A DNA stretch of 63,778 nt, counting the filler, from Octopus bimaculoides (taxonomy: Eukaryota), in the NCBI RefSeq assembly GCF_001194135.2. It is 5 parts of 5 records of this genome, joined end to end, with 100 filler letters (N's around TTAATTAATTAA, not from the genome) between each part and the next. Parts side by side here need not be neighbours in the genome. Positions count along the whole stretch, not along the records: positions 1 to 18,088 come from NC_068996.1; 4 more parts are not named here. One strand, written 5' to 3'. Under the pieces are notes generated by a model, which had not been told where the DNA came from, did not search any database, and saw nothing but the letters and a program-made list of their open reading frames with translations. Position numbers and translations under genes: made by a program. Positions 1-11,958 of the stretch are shown piece by piece; position 1 is the first letter of the stretch, and each line of letters begins with the position of its first letter.

Positions 1-260
1 ACAAGCTAGAGAGTTGCACCAGGTTCCAGTCTGATTTGGCCTGGTTTCTACAGCTGGATGCCCTTCCTAATGCCAACCACTTTATAGTGTGTGCTGAGTG
101 CTAGAGGTGGCAAGCTAGAGAGTTGCACCAGGTTCCAGTCTGACTTGGCCTGGTTTCTACAGCTGGATGCCCTTCCTAGTGCCAACCACTTTATAGTGTG
201 TGCTGAGTGCTAGAGGTGGCAAGCTGGAGAGCTGCACCAGGTTCCAACCACTTTACAGTA
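1..260 (-). repeat. 109-bp tandem duplication (about 2.3 copies) of a fragment of an RTE-related SINE/LINE 3' region
   Basis: caagct(a/g)gagag recurs at 2, 111 and 220. The unit contains tttctacagctggatgcccttcct, shared with 9083-9105. Confidence 0.8.
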
Positions 261-711
261 TTGGTGGGTGCTTTTAATGATGCACAATATCATTATATTT
301 AATTATAAAAATATAATAGGATTTTTAAAACATTAAAAGGTCCAGTGTGGATTCATTAGAATAAACTAGAGGTTAAAGTAGTCCTCATGTAAAAACAAAA
401 TAGTTGAGAAACACTGCACTAAGCAGATGGGAGAGTCATTACAGAAATTCTTTTGATTATTGATCTGTTTGATCAAGGTTGACCCAGGATAAACAGCAAC
501 AGGCACTAATGAAGAAGACTTTCATGAAGACATTACTAGCAAATTTTGGGGTTTTCAAATTTGTTGAGTGAGACATTTGTTACTAAATAACAGTTGATGG
601 ATAGCAATGAAACATTTTTGTTAATTAAGTTAATGAACTATCTTTTCTATTAACGGTATTAATTTCTAACAATTTGTTAGACTGAAATAAATGAATTTCT
701 TGAAATTGAAA

Positions 712-858
712 GTGTGTGTCGTAAGAAGCTTGCTTCCCAACCACATGGTTCCAGGATCAACCCCAATGCGTGGCACCTCAGGCAAGTGTCTTATTCTATA
801 GCCTTAGGCCTACTAGAGCCTTGTGAGTGGATTTGGTAGACAAAAATGAAAGAAGCCC

Positions 859-945
<87 letters not shown>

Positions 946-1112
946 ACACACACACCACTGTTTGACAACCAGTGTTGGTGTGTTTATGTCCCCATAACTT
1001 AGCAGTTTGGCAAAAGAGACCAAAACAAGTACTGGGGTCAATTCATGCAACTAAAATTTCTTGAAGGTGGTGTCTCAGCATGACCACAGTCTACTGACTG
1101 AAACAGTAAAAA
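712..1112 (+). mobile_element. tRNA-derived octopus-type SINE, family A, with internal (GT)n
   Basis: gtaagaagcttgcttcccaaccacatggttcc head, ttgtgagtggatttggtagac body, (GT)n 861-943, gactgaaac tail. Same family recurs at least 10 times in the window. Confidence 0.85.
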
Positions 1113-2053
1113 AATAAGATATTTTATGGAATTAATAGCAATCTCTAATTATAAACCCTCAATTCCAGGGATCAGCATTGGCAGTTGTTCTCTTTCTATC
1201 CTTTCTTTTTCCTTACTCTGATAATGGATTCTGTTCTTCAAAATTTGTCACTTTTAACAGATCTATATTTGATTCTCACTCTCTGCATGCACTACACTAC
1301 ATTTTATTATCCCCCATATCGTTAATTTGTTTCAGTCATTAGACAACAGCCATGTTGGGGCACCACCATGAAAAGCTAATGCCTGTGTTGGCTGGGAGAT
1401 GAACCTGGATCAACTGCTTGGAAGGTAACCAGTCTAACTGTTACTTATGTTTATTTTTTCCTTAAACCTCGCAACAAATAGTATATGCAGCCTTCCCATC
1501 GTGAATGCCACATCTTGTCTAAATTATTTTCCATTTCAGGTATTTCCAAAGCACACTATAATTTAACAAGCCATTGAAGGAGCCTCCATAAAGTCATTCC
1601 TCCTGCTAGAAACAACAGCTAGTTCTCCTTCAAGATGGTATAAGAAGCGGAACACATTTATTGGTGGTTATCTAAGGGAAGTTAATAAGGTAAGATGGTC
1701 ACAGATAGAATGCGTTTTATCACAGGCCTATTCAATCTCAGCTGACCTGGTGCAACACAACAACAATAGCCACCACTTAATTCCACCTTAATCACAGCAA
1801 TTTCATTTATTTCACATTCAATGTGTATTAGACTATACAACTAATATACAAACAATACTCAGTCTAAAACATATGGTAATTTTCAGCTCATTACTTGCAC
1901 CTTTCTCATTCTTCCTATATCACATTTGGTTTATTTAAAACTACAGTAAAATTTGGACAGTTTTTCATTTTGTTTTTGTTTTTGTTTGTTTTTTCTAAAA
2001 AGAAATGTTATTAACATCATAAACTGGAAGGAGATATTTCTCTGTTTACAAAC

Positions 2054-2160
2054 CTGTATGGATACCCTTCATTATACTTGATTATCATATGAACACGGAC
2101 ATGTTCACACCAATCATCATTATCTCTTTCAGGCCTCAATGACAGTTTAAAATGTGGAAA
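2054..2160 (-). CDS. EIF2AK4: Second coding exon of the RWD-domain (GCN2-like) gene (FPHFKLSLRPERDNDDWCEHVRVHMIIKYNEGYPYR)
   Basis: Acceptor ttttttcattaaatttcag|, donor AG|GTTTGT, 107 nt, phase 0 to 2, in frame with exon 1. Encodes the RWD beta strands and the Y-P of the YPxxxP motif. No convincing exon 3 was found before the window start. Confidence 0.75.
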
Positions 2161-3254
2161 CTGAAATTTAATGAAAAAAAGCCGATAAAATTTAACAAAA
2201 TCATTGACATTTTGGCTGAAAAAAGCAGATACTGTTATGATGGAGGTATTAAAGCATGAACTTTGGATAATGCTTGCTAAATCCAAGCAATACTGACCAC
2301 TTATTCAAACCTTTGTTAATCTAAAATAAAGTTACCTTTTTTTTTTTTTTGTTCATTTAAACAAAATTAACAAGCACACATTTGAACAAAAACTTCCATA
2401 TTTCTGGAAGTTGACAAAAATACAAAATTGACAATATCACTGTCCCTAAAATGGCCTGAGTCGAAATTATTTTAAAACATATTATCAACATACTCATCTC
2501 TTCAAGAAACCTGAAACAAGATAGCACAATATAGTTTTTATCTAAATAATGTTGGCAGATTTTATTGCTTTAAACATCAAAAGTCAACTTTGGTATACTC
2601 TGCTTAACTTTAGCAAAGTACACCAAAGTTGTCAAAAGACAATTAGCATGAGATGAACAATTACTGGGAATGATACAGTTGAGAGAAAATTATATATTTT
2701 TTTTATGTATGATGGAAAGATTTTTGGTATTAAATTTGATAAGGGATATAAACCATTATCAGAAAAAATTGCAAACAAAAATAAGAAATTTTCACAACTC
2801 TCCAGATGTTCTCTAGTTCATTTGCATATAACAAGAAATCTCCACCTTGTAAAATGTGATTCATATAACTGTCTTAGTAGAAATAATATTAATTGTTATA
2901 AAATGATATGCTGGAATATACTCATGGATATTAGCAACTTGGGACTGAATGTCACCTCCAACATTTCATTGTAAGATAGAACCAAGCCTCTCTGCCCTAA
3001 GACCCCTTACTTCATTCCTTAGTATCATTAAAACAGATTTCCATATGAACACTTGGATCATTTTGATTAAATTAAGCCTGATATCACGAGAATTGGTAAA
3101 AGGATTTTAGATAGAATAAGATCTAAGATTAAGGAACAGGTGAGATTAAACTTATGGATAAACACTGAAGAAATTACTAGTTGGTTTAGTAATTATGGCA
3201 ATAGGAACAGCACCTATCTTTTTTCCATTTTTGATACTAATATTTAGTATTACA

Positions 3255-3470
3255 AGGCAGTGAACTAGCAGAATTGTTAGCACACTGGGCAAAATAATGA
3301 GCAGCATTTCATCTGTCTTTACATTCTGAGTTCAAATTCCGCTGAGGCCAAATTTGCCTTTTGTCCTTTTAGGATCAACAAAAGTACCAATTGAACACTG
3401 GGGTTGATGTAATCAATTTACCTCCCTCGAAATTGCTGGCCTTGTATCAAAATTTGAAACTAATATTTAC
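3255..3470 (+). mobile_element. tRNA-derived SINE, family B
   Basis: aaggcagtgaactagcagaattgttagcac...ttctgagttcaaattccgctgagg, homologous to 59440-59660. Confidence 0.75.
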
Positions 3471-4588
3471 TAAACTTCTGTTACTCATAATCCATTGGAT
3501 AAAGCAACTGAATATAATAGAATAATAGCGCCAACTGAAGACTTCCAAACAAAAGTAACACTAGAGGCTTGAAAACTCAATCAAAGTAACTAACTTCATT
3601 ATTTTGTACATACCCCACCAGCTTAAAGCCCAATTCCCAAGATTAACTGGTAGCTTATACTGTGATGGCCCTTACTTGTATTAATCCAAGCCCACTATAA
3701 GAACAAGGAAAGATTTACATACATGTTTCTAAAAATCTGAGTTTTATCATTACTTCAGAGTTTAATTCAAAACTGTTTAACTTCTAAGAAAGCCAAAACA
3801 AAAAACCTTACTGCTATATAAATAAACTATCTCGTCACCCTGGGAACATTACTAAGAATTTGGTTAAGAATGTCTCCCTTAGAATATATATCAGTTAATA
3901 AAACAATATTTATTAAGTGTGTTGCTTACTATAGTAATGCTTTCAAAAAGAATGGCACAAAAAGATTTTCTGTCATTCTATCTAATACGGTAAAAAAAAA
4001 ATTTTTTAAAAGAAAAACAGATACTAATCTAAGAATATTAACTGGTACCATCTACTACATAACTTAGCTCTATACTAAGCAAGCACTTTTCCTTAATTAT
4101 AAATAATAGAACATTTAATAACAACGCGATAAAATTTTCCTACTCCGTAACACCAAACTTCCCACAAAACATCACGTAAAGCTAAATTAAAAGAAAAAAC
4201 AATGTTGGTTACAATAGGAATCAAGATTGTAATTCTAATATGCTTAACCATTGTCTTCGTAATTCTGTTCAGTAAAAGAAACTGTATATAAATAAATATA
4301 TTTATAAATCATATATAGGACTAAATGTAAACAATTTTAAGTCTTATAACCATCAGTGTAGTCAATCAGTTAGAGACCTAACTCAGAGATTTATGGAAAA
4401 TTTGTCAGGAGAAACATTATGTTGATTAGATCGATATATAGTACCCAAATTGTAAATGGTAATCCATTTTCCAATGTAACAGCTTGTCAATTTTTCATGT
4501 TCTTTACTGCTTGTTAAACATGTAGCTTACAGAACAGTAGTGAGTGGTTTATAGCAAAATACCAATTTGCTAAAAAGTGATGACTCAC

Positions 4589-4657
4589 GTTTTTTACCGG
4601 TCTTTGAAATGTCTTGGAAGAGAAGGTTACATGATGACTACCTTCGGTTCCAAATGG
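4589..4657 (-). CDS. Candidate 69-nt in-frame cassette exon in intron 1 (PFGTEGSHHVTFSSKTFQRPVKN)
   Basis: ttttaattgtag| acceptor, AAC|GTGAGT donor, phase 0 to 0, no stop codons. No homology evidence. Confidence 0.3.
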
Positions 4658-4856
4658 CTACAATTAAAACATCGGATTTATCTGTCTCAATGATATGGAC
4701 ACATTAATAGCTTTTACTAAATAGCTTTTCCTGCTTCAGTTGATGAAATACATTTTCTTTTTTCACAACATGAAACTGTCAAATTAAAGTGGCAGACATT
4801 GTTATATCCTGAAAATAATAAGGTAAAAAAGGAGCCAAGAACACTATGAAGTGATT

Positions 4857-5096
4857 TAACCCTTTTGTTACAATATTTATGATGAAATATACAATCTTTG
4901 TTACAATTAATTTTGAAAATAATAAAATATTTATTAAAATAACTTAGTCATTGTTAAACTGGTGTTTGGAACATAAATTAACATAAAATTTTGATAGATA
5001 GTATAAATTAAGAAAGATCGTTTTAGACCAGAATGTTAGTATCATAGAACCTGAAATGTGGGAGGGGGTCACATGGGTTGGGATCAAAAGGTTCTT
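4857..5096. mobile_element. Possible piggyBac-like (TTAA) MITE
   Basis: Begins ttaacccttttgttac and ends gggatcaaaaggtt, forming an imperfect inverted terminus. The right-hand TTAA is not intact. Confidence 0.4.
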
Positions 5097-5109
5097 GATC
5101 CACATCTTG

Positions 5110-6560
5110 TATGCCTCCAATCATTGTGTGAGCCATTTTTGCTCAATGATTGAATCTATGATGTACTGGAAACAAAGCACACCATTGGACACTCCAAGGG
5201 AAATTAAAATAAACTGATAAAGGCTTCCTTTACCTTTGATTGTGAAATATTTGTTTGCTTTCATTTCAATTGGGAACTTGGTAGTAGGTACTTTGAAGGT
5301 TAATTGAACTCCCAATATCAATACAAGGTAAAGGATACTTATCAAGATGTGTGAACCTGTTTATGGCATCACTGTAATTAATAGCTAGATGCCTTTTATG
5401 TGTTTTACCATTTATAATAACAATCTGTACACACTAAGAAATATTGGGATCAATTATTCCCTACCTTAAAAACCGTTAGATTTCTGTTACTATAAATTTA
5501 CTATCTCGAGAAGAGTAACATGATTTAAGCACTATAGGATGATGTATAAGTAAATAATGCTGAAGGATCAATGTATAAGGTATTAAATTCAAAAATAACT
5601 ATAAATCATCTCCATATTTTAAACATTACACTGTCATGAAGCTTCTGAAAGTTCTGGCTCAGAACAATGTCAAAGTACAAACATGTATATATTAGGACAG
5701 TTTCAATTGTTTATTTTGAGGTCCACCATACAAGAGACTACAAACTTTGGAGTGAAGAGCAAAATAGCAGTCATAGAAACAGAGTTTCTCTCAAGCTGTA
5801 ATCTTATTAAAAGACTCTTTTCTAAATCTGGATGGATAAAACTTCCAAAAGTATCACTTTCTATCAGACCATCTACTTTATGTCCCTTGCAAACTAGTTT
5901 CACACATGTTTTCAATACCATCTCAAGTGTTACAGCTGAAGTTGTTGCCAACATTATTTAATTAGTGGAAACAGTTTCATGTTCAGGACACCTGTTCCAT
6001 AGCTACTTTGAAACTTGCAGAAAAGACATTTAGCATTGATTGCTGCTATTACCAGAATAGAGTCTATGAGTTAAAAGTTTGGTCAAATATAAATGGATTA
6101 ATTGCCAACAGTGTAACTCGGAATTTCTTTGAGTTTAATCAAGAGCTTTTGCCTGATCAATGATGAACTCCAAGCCATGAATTGACTTGTCACAATGTTC
6201 AATAGTGGTCACAGGATGACGGTTCCTAAGACTTGTAAATGCTTTTCTAAAGACGCCCTGACAGGCTGCTGCCAAACTATATGGTGGTAATATGTAAAAG
6301 CTTTATTGGAAGATTTGACAAATTGTGTATACAAAACACCATTAGTATTTTCGTAAGTAGAGATAGTTTCATATCTCTGGTTAACACAAAGTTTATGAGA
6401 AATTTCAACTTGTTCAAAATGCCTTCAAGTAGAATTGTAAAGAAATTTTCAAAGATACTAAACCTAGGTATCCTTTCTTAAGCAATCATTCAGAAAGTTG
6501 AGCTCGTCAAGTCACTTGAGGTCTAAAAGACGGTTTTCTATTTCAAGCCCAGAGTTACTG
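5110..6560 (-). mobile_element. Decayed Ty3/Gypsy LTR retrotransposon: gag, zinc knuckle, aspartic protease and 5' part of RT
   Basis: Minus-strand translations give gag-like FENFL...NKLKFLINFV and SSSLIRQKLL, a knuckle-like KCLFCK, a retropepsin-like GHKVDGLIESD..SFIHPDL (5703-5954) and RT-like YPLPCID...LYQFILISLGVSNGVLCFQYIIDSII (5121-5345). Many stops and frameshifts; no LTRs recognised. Confidence 0.85.
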
Positions 6561-6934
6561 AATGTTTATACAAAGTGAATTGTTGTGCAACTGGAACATA
6601 CCTTATCTGAAGGCTTTATTCAACATAAAAGTGTGAATAACATTGTTACACTTATTTGATGGTACAGTCAATAAACAGATTACTATATTCGTTCAACAAA
6701 ACTCAACAAAAGTTTGTTAAATCACTATTATTATCACAAGACAACATGTCATATTTGTCAACAGAGAAAGTACTAAAAGTAAATTTGGTCTTCCTTTTAT
6801 AATGGAATAATTAATTCAGTCTTTTGTTTAGTCAGCCCATTAGCAATAAGGAATATTCACTGGTTTAAATGATGTTTTTTTTTTTTTACAAAATATATGT
6901 AACTAGCTATATTATTCAATAAAACACATCCGAC

Positions 6935-6971
<37 letters not shown>

Positions 6972-8327
6972 ATGGATCAAACGAATCAATGTAAGTGCTT
7001 CTATATGGTCGCTCGAACTACTAGACATGGTAGCCAAAAATCCCTCAAATCACATTCTGCTTTAAATAAAGGACATATTGAACAATACAACCATACAATC
7101 AGACGAGATGATCACGTTTTGATCATAGGTCTGCTTGATCAGGAATAGTCTGGGACAACTAATAGATGAAAGTGTCTACGTAGTTGATCGACCTATTACA
7201 AAGAACAAGCAAATCTCCTATATATCCTGTCTGAAAAGGGAGAGGACACACTTGGATAACGTCGTCAAGAGTGTATGTGTGTCAGCGTAAAATACGAGAT
7301 GGTCGCGACTGGAATGTCTTTTATAATAAGTCAACTCAATTAGAATTACTTGAAGCTAAACAACTATTTTTAGCGTTTTATTATTTTTATTTAGCAAATA
7401 AAGAAACTATATGGAAAGATAACACACCTGTGACTAGAGAGGTGCTAATTATAAAACTCGTTTATCACTGACATGTTGCATTTTAACATAATGACATTTT
7501 AAGGCAAATCAAAAAACTAAAGTTACTTCATAATTCAAAACCACAACAATTAACGTAAGTAAATATAGTTTAATTAATCAAATGGTTTCGAAAATATTTG
7601 GCTAACATCTTATTTGACCAACATCTTATTTTGTCTTATCATTTAGTAAAAATAAACTTAGAAAATATTGAATAGATTGTAAAAAAAAAAAACTAATTAA
7701 GATATTGGAAATAATTCTTTAATAAGTTTGTTCGTGGGTTCTTTTCTTCGTGTTTGTTTTAATGTTCCCTCTATTTGTGGTAGACAAGTGAAATAGTTTA
7801 GAAATATATTTGTTATCCAGTTTCTGATCCTTTTCACGCTTTACACACATAAACACACACACATAAACACACACACATATGTATGCATGCACGTATGTAT
7901 TTTTGGTGAAACGTGTTTAACCCCAGCTCAGCACCGATCAATTAGACTTATGATCAAAGATATCCCTGTCTGCGTATATCTAAATTACAACTTGACTACT
8001 TGCGTCAATCTTTTTTTTTTTTAATAATCTGAAAGTTGAATATTCTTTCCAGATATAGTATATTGAACAACATTATCCAATGTGTCGTTTTTAAGACGGG
8101 ATTTGGTTGCCATTTCTAGCAATTCAAGCAATCAAATAGAGATTCCTCCCGTCAAATTGCAAATTTGGTTTCCAAAGTATCTGAATTCAACACATATCCG
8201 GTTAGTAGCGAACATCTCGTAGATTTTTTTTCATGCATTTCAGTTCGTTGTTAGTTGTTAATGTTAACACGCGAAAAGCCCTCGTGTTCTTTGATAAATA
8301 GATTACAGAAATATTAACAATCCTTAC

Positions 8328-8444
8328 CCGAGACTTTTTCTTTTCCAATAACTGGAAATCCTCAGCATAGATTGCCTGTAAAGCTTTCACCTCATCCAGT
8401 TGTTTTTCCAAATTACCTTCAACATCGTTAATTCCACTAGACAT
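8328..8444 (-). CDS. EIF2AK4: First coding exon of an RWD-domain protein, most likely eIF2-alpha kinase GCN2 (MSSGINDVEGNLEKQLDEVKALQAIYAEDFQLLEKKKSR)
   Basis: ATG at 8444 with an in-frame TAG just upstream. 117 nt ending at a CGG|GTAAGG donor (phase 0). The Q-x-x-E-x-x-A-L-x-A-I-Y-x-x-D-F pattern is the RWD helix 1 signature. An RWD domain is well supported; GCN2 rather than RWDD1/RNF25/IMPACT is an inference from recalled similarity and exon phases. Confidence 0.72.
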
Positions 8445-8459
8445 TTTGACCAAAGTTCT

Positions 8460-8900
8460 CTACCAGTACCTGTAATGTTTATTATTATTACACGTATGTA
8501 GTAATAACTGTCATAAGTGCTCCATTAAGTAATAAGTTTCGGGAACTGGAAAAACAACCAGTAATTAGAAATGTTTATGAGTCATATTTTAATTTAAAAT
8601 GTGTATGTTTGTTTGTAATTATAACGGATACATTTCCATGTTTAACTTTTTTCTTTAACTTGATTATTAAAGGGATGAAAAAAAGTGTCTTCCGTCAATC
8701 ACACGTTAAAAAAGGTGGTACAAAATACGATTCTCTCCCTTACATAAAAAGAATCAACCAATCAAAAGAAAACATTAATCATTAATTTTTTATGGCTTTT
8801 TTTCTTTCTTGTTGTGTTGTTTTTATATTACGATCTTTTTATAGGAATTATGTAAATGAAATTTTGACACATACACGTGTAAGCTATAAAACCAGATTTA
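8460..8900 (-). promoter_or_regulatory. Probable promoter or 5' leader region of the RWD gene
   Basis: Lies directly upstream of the ATG. Contains an ETS-like CGGAAG (minus strand, 8689-8694), CCAAT (8758-8762) and an E-box CACGTG (8874-8879). These short motifs alone are weak evidence. Confidence 0.3.
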
Positions 8901-8971
8901 TAAACAAGAGATAATTATGATAAGAACTTTTAGTTTAGATCAGGTTCGTCAGACTTTGATGCCTGGATGGG

Positions 8972-9672
8972 GTCGTCGTCGTCGTTTAACGTCCGCTTTC
9001 CATGCTAGCATGGGTTGGACGATTTGACTGAGGACTGGTGAAACCAGATGGCTACACCAGGCTCCAATCTGATTTGGCAGTGTTTCTACAGTTGGATGCC
9101 CTTCCTAACNNNNNNNNNNNNNNNNNNNNNNNNNNNNNNNNNNNNNNNNNNNNNNNNNNNNNNNNNNNNNNNNNNNNNNNNNNNNNNNNNNNNNNNNNNN
9201 NNNNNNNNNNNNNNNNNNNNNNNNNNNNNNNNNNNNNNNNNNNNNNNNNNNNNNNNNNNNNNNNNNNNNNNNNNNNNNNNNNNNNNNNNNNNNNNNNNNN
9301 NNNNNNNNNNNNNNNNNNNNNNNNNNNNNNNNNNNNNNNNNNNNNNNNNNNNNNNNNNNNNNNNNNNNNNNNNNNNNNNNNNNNNNNNNNNNNNNNNNNN
9401 NNNNNNNNNNNNNNNNNNNNNNNNNNNNNNNNNNNNNNNNNNNNNNNNNNNNNNNNNNNNNNNNNNNNNNNNNNNNNNNNNNNNNNNNNNNNNNNNNNNN
9501 NNNNNNNNNNNNNNNNNNNNNNNNNNNNNNNNNNNNNNNCGGCAACGATCCCGCTCGAAACATTTCATGTGTCACCCGCACAAGAGCCAGTCCAGGGGCA
9601 CCGGCAACGATCCCGCTCGAAAGATTTCATGTGTCGCCCGCACAAGAGCCAGTCCAGGGGCACGGGTGGGCA
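8972..9672 (-). mobile_element. RTE-related SINE/LINE 3' element spanning an N gap, with a 62-bp internal tandem repeat (9540-9663)
   Basis: (GAC)n tail on the minus strand, the tttctacagttggatgcccttcct motif, and cggcaacgatcccgctcg recurring at 9540 and 9602. Confidence 0.7.
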
Positions 9673-11039
9673 CTGATTTGTAATAATGCTGAATTGGAGT
9701 AAATCAGAAGGGGCAGTGCTGTCCAGTGTACCCCTTAGCAACGGGCATGGTTTAGACTTTATCTCTCTGCCTACTAAATTCTGAACTTTAGTACAAGTGT
9801 ACTAAATGCTGTCGTATTTTCGTATGCCTTTACCATTCCTTGTTTATAGAGAGGATGCTACTCTGATCGTGCAGACGACAGCTTATTTAACTTTTATTAA
9901 ACTTTTCCATTACCAACAACTTTTTTAGAATAGTGATGCTTATTTTAAATTTGTTTCATCTATTCATATTTTCAAATTAATTTTTGGATTTGCTGCTTGT
10001 CATTTCCCATCATTATCATCAGCATCATCATCATCAGCATCATCATCATCATCTCATCTCAGTTTGAAGCCCTGAAAATCTATGCATGATTGCATCATGT
10101 TCTTAATTTGGAGTTTTGTTAATTGTCATTGTCAAATATTCTATTTACATTTTACATTTTTTCACGAATGTTTTACACTGGATTGGTGAACTTTGAAAAC
10201 CCTTCCAAATTTACTAAAATAATAAGTTTCAAATTCACGACAGTTAGCGTAATCCGACTTATGGCCATGTAATGTTTTTGTTTACACGGCGATAGCATAA
10301 AAACAAACGTCACGTGTATGATAAACACTTTAAGAAATCGAGTATTGCTATCTGGTAAGTGATTCTCTTTGAAACCTGCATATATTAATTAGCTGGAGAT
10401 TATACGGACATATCCTTGGATTTTGACTCCGGTGTGGAAGCGCACGAAAGTGTGGTGCACAAACGGAATTTCGTCCCCAACTTTGTGAGTATACATACGC
10501 TAGACACGAAGAGGACAGAGTTGCGATATAAGACGTTAAGTAGTACTTCATTAACCTTATTTATTCAGAATAAAGTGCAACTTTCGTCTTATCTCCATGA
10601 AATTTCAAGAGTGAAAACAGGATGCTTTTCGACTCCAGGTCTCTATGAAAGTAAAATTGTTTACCTTATCGGAAGCGAAAATGTTCTTTCTGGGTGAAAA
10701 CAGATCTGGTGTCTTTTGTTCAAATCTAACATAAGATCTTAGGAGAGCTTTGATTTCACCGCAGTTGGGACAAAATCGAATATGAAAAAGACTATAATTT
10801 AGAAAGAAAGTAATTTAATTTGCTGATAATTGCTCTCTTTTCTGCTGACATTTAATACGTTTGGGTAGTTAATAGCTTTATTTCCATAGTATTAATAATC
10901 AATGTGAGAAAATGTTTAGTGGATCCGCCTGAAATAATGGAACATCACAATAGATGTTCTACTGTATCTAACCGGTTCTCTATGGCCCATTATTTACGTT
11001 TCTTTAATGAAAATTTTCGTTCTTTTACTTTGATATGCA

Positions 11040-11270
11040 CAGTACATCCATCCATCTTCGCCCACTATTCCTAGGCAAGTCGTCGGGGTAGAGTCCTCAA
11101 ACACTCCTCTATAGGGCACAATCAGAAGCAACCGTCATTACTCTTTCCTGCTGGATTCCCAAGCGTGACTAACTAAGACTATGGATACAATCCCACCATC
11201 TCGTTCTTGGTCTCCGGCTGGTTGGCTCAGCTTGAAGAATCCGTCTTGTGATTCTTTCGTGCGACATTCT
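11040..11270 (-). mobile_element. RTE-clade LINE 3' end
   Basis: Minus translation SHERITRRILQAEPTSRRPRTRWWDCIHSLS...SRLGIQ, followed by a GGATGGAT tail. This is the typical RTE C-terminal RPRTRW motif. Confidence 0.75.
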
Positions 11271-11408
11271 AATGAAATATTAATTGCTGGTAGGGATACC
11301 GTATTTCGTTATTGAACCATAATATACTATCAAGTAAGAGGCTTGTAAGTTAATGTTGTGTCCTACTTGTGTTAGCAGTGCGAATCAATCACTTTTTAAA
11401 AATTTATA

Positions 11409-11954
11409 TCTACAGATTTTCTATAGAAATTAGAGCCGGCACTGAAAGTCACGATGTTTCATATGCGAATACGTCTATGTAAACAATGCGATCGAAGATA
11501 GAAAAATACTTAATGGATGAATACATATATACACCCATTACCTCTAAGTTCTATAGAAAATCTGTAGATAACTTTTAGAAGAAATTGAATCATATTGCTA
11601 ACACAGGTAGGACAGACTTTAATATACTTGGGACTATATTATGGTTGCATAACGGAAAACGGTGTCCCTATCAGCAATTGATATGTACATACCAGTTGCC
11701 AGGAACGTGTTTAATATGTAAGATTGATATATCCAATTGTGTTACACTGCTAAATTTAGTGGCTATTTAAACAATGTGTTAGTGGATGGTTAATGGGTTG
11801 GACATGGTGCTGAAGAAGGAGCAAGAATTCCTGAAAGATGCATGTACACCCGTTACCTATTTTTTCATTGTTGATCACATTGCTTACATTGACATATTTG
11901 TACATAAAATGTAACTTTCAGTGCTGGCTCCAATTTCTATAGAAAATCTGTAGA
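11409..11954. mobile_element. MITE with long (about 120 bp) imperfect TIRs and an extra internal right end at 11550-11568
   Basis: tctacagattttctatagaaattagagccggcactgaaagt at 11409 is the reverse complement of actttcagtgctggctccaatttctatagaaaatctgtaga ending at 11954. ttctatagaaaatctgtaga also occurs at 11549-11568. Confidence 0.8.
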
Positions 11955-11958
11955 GATA

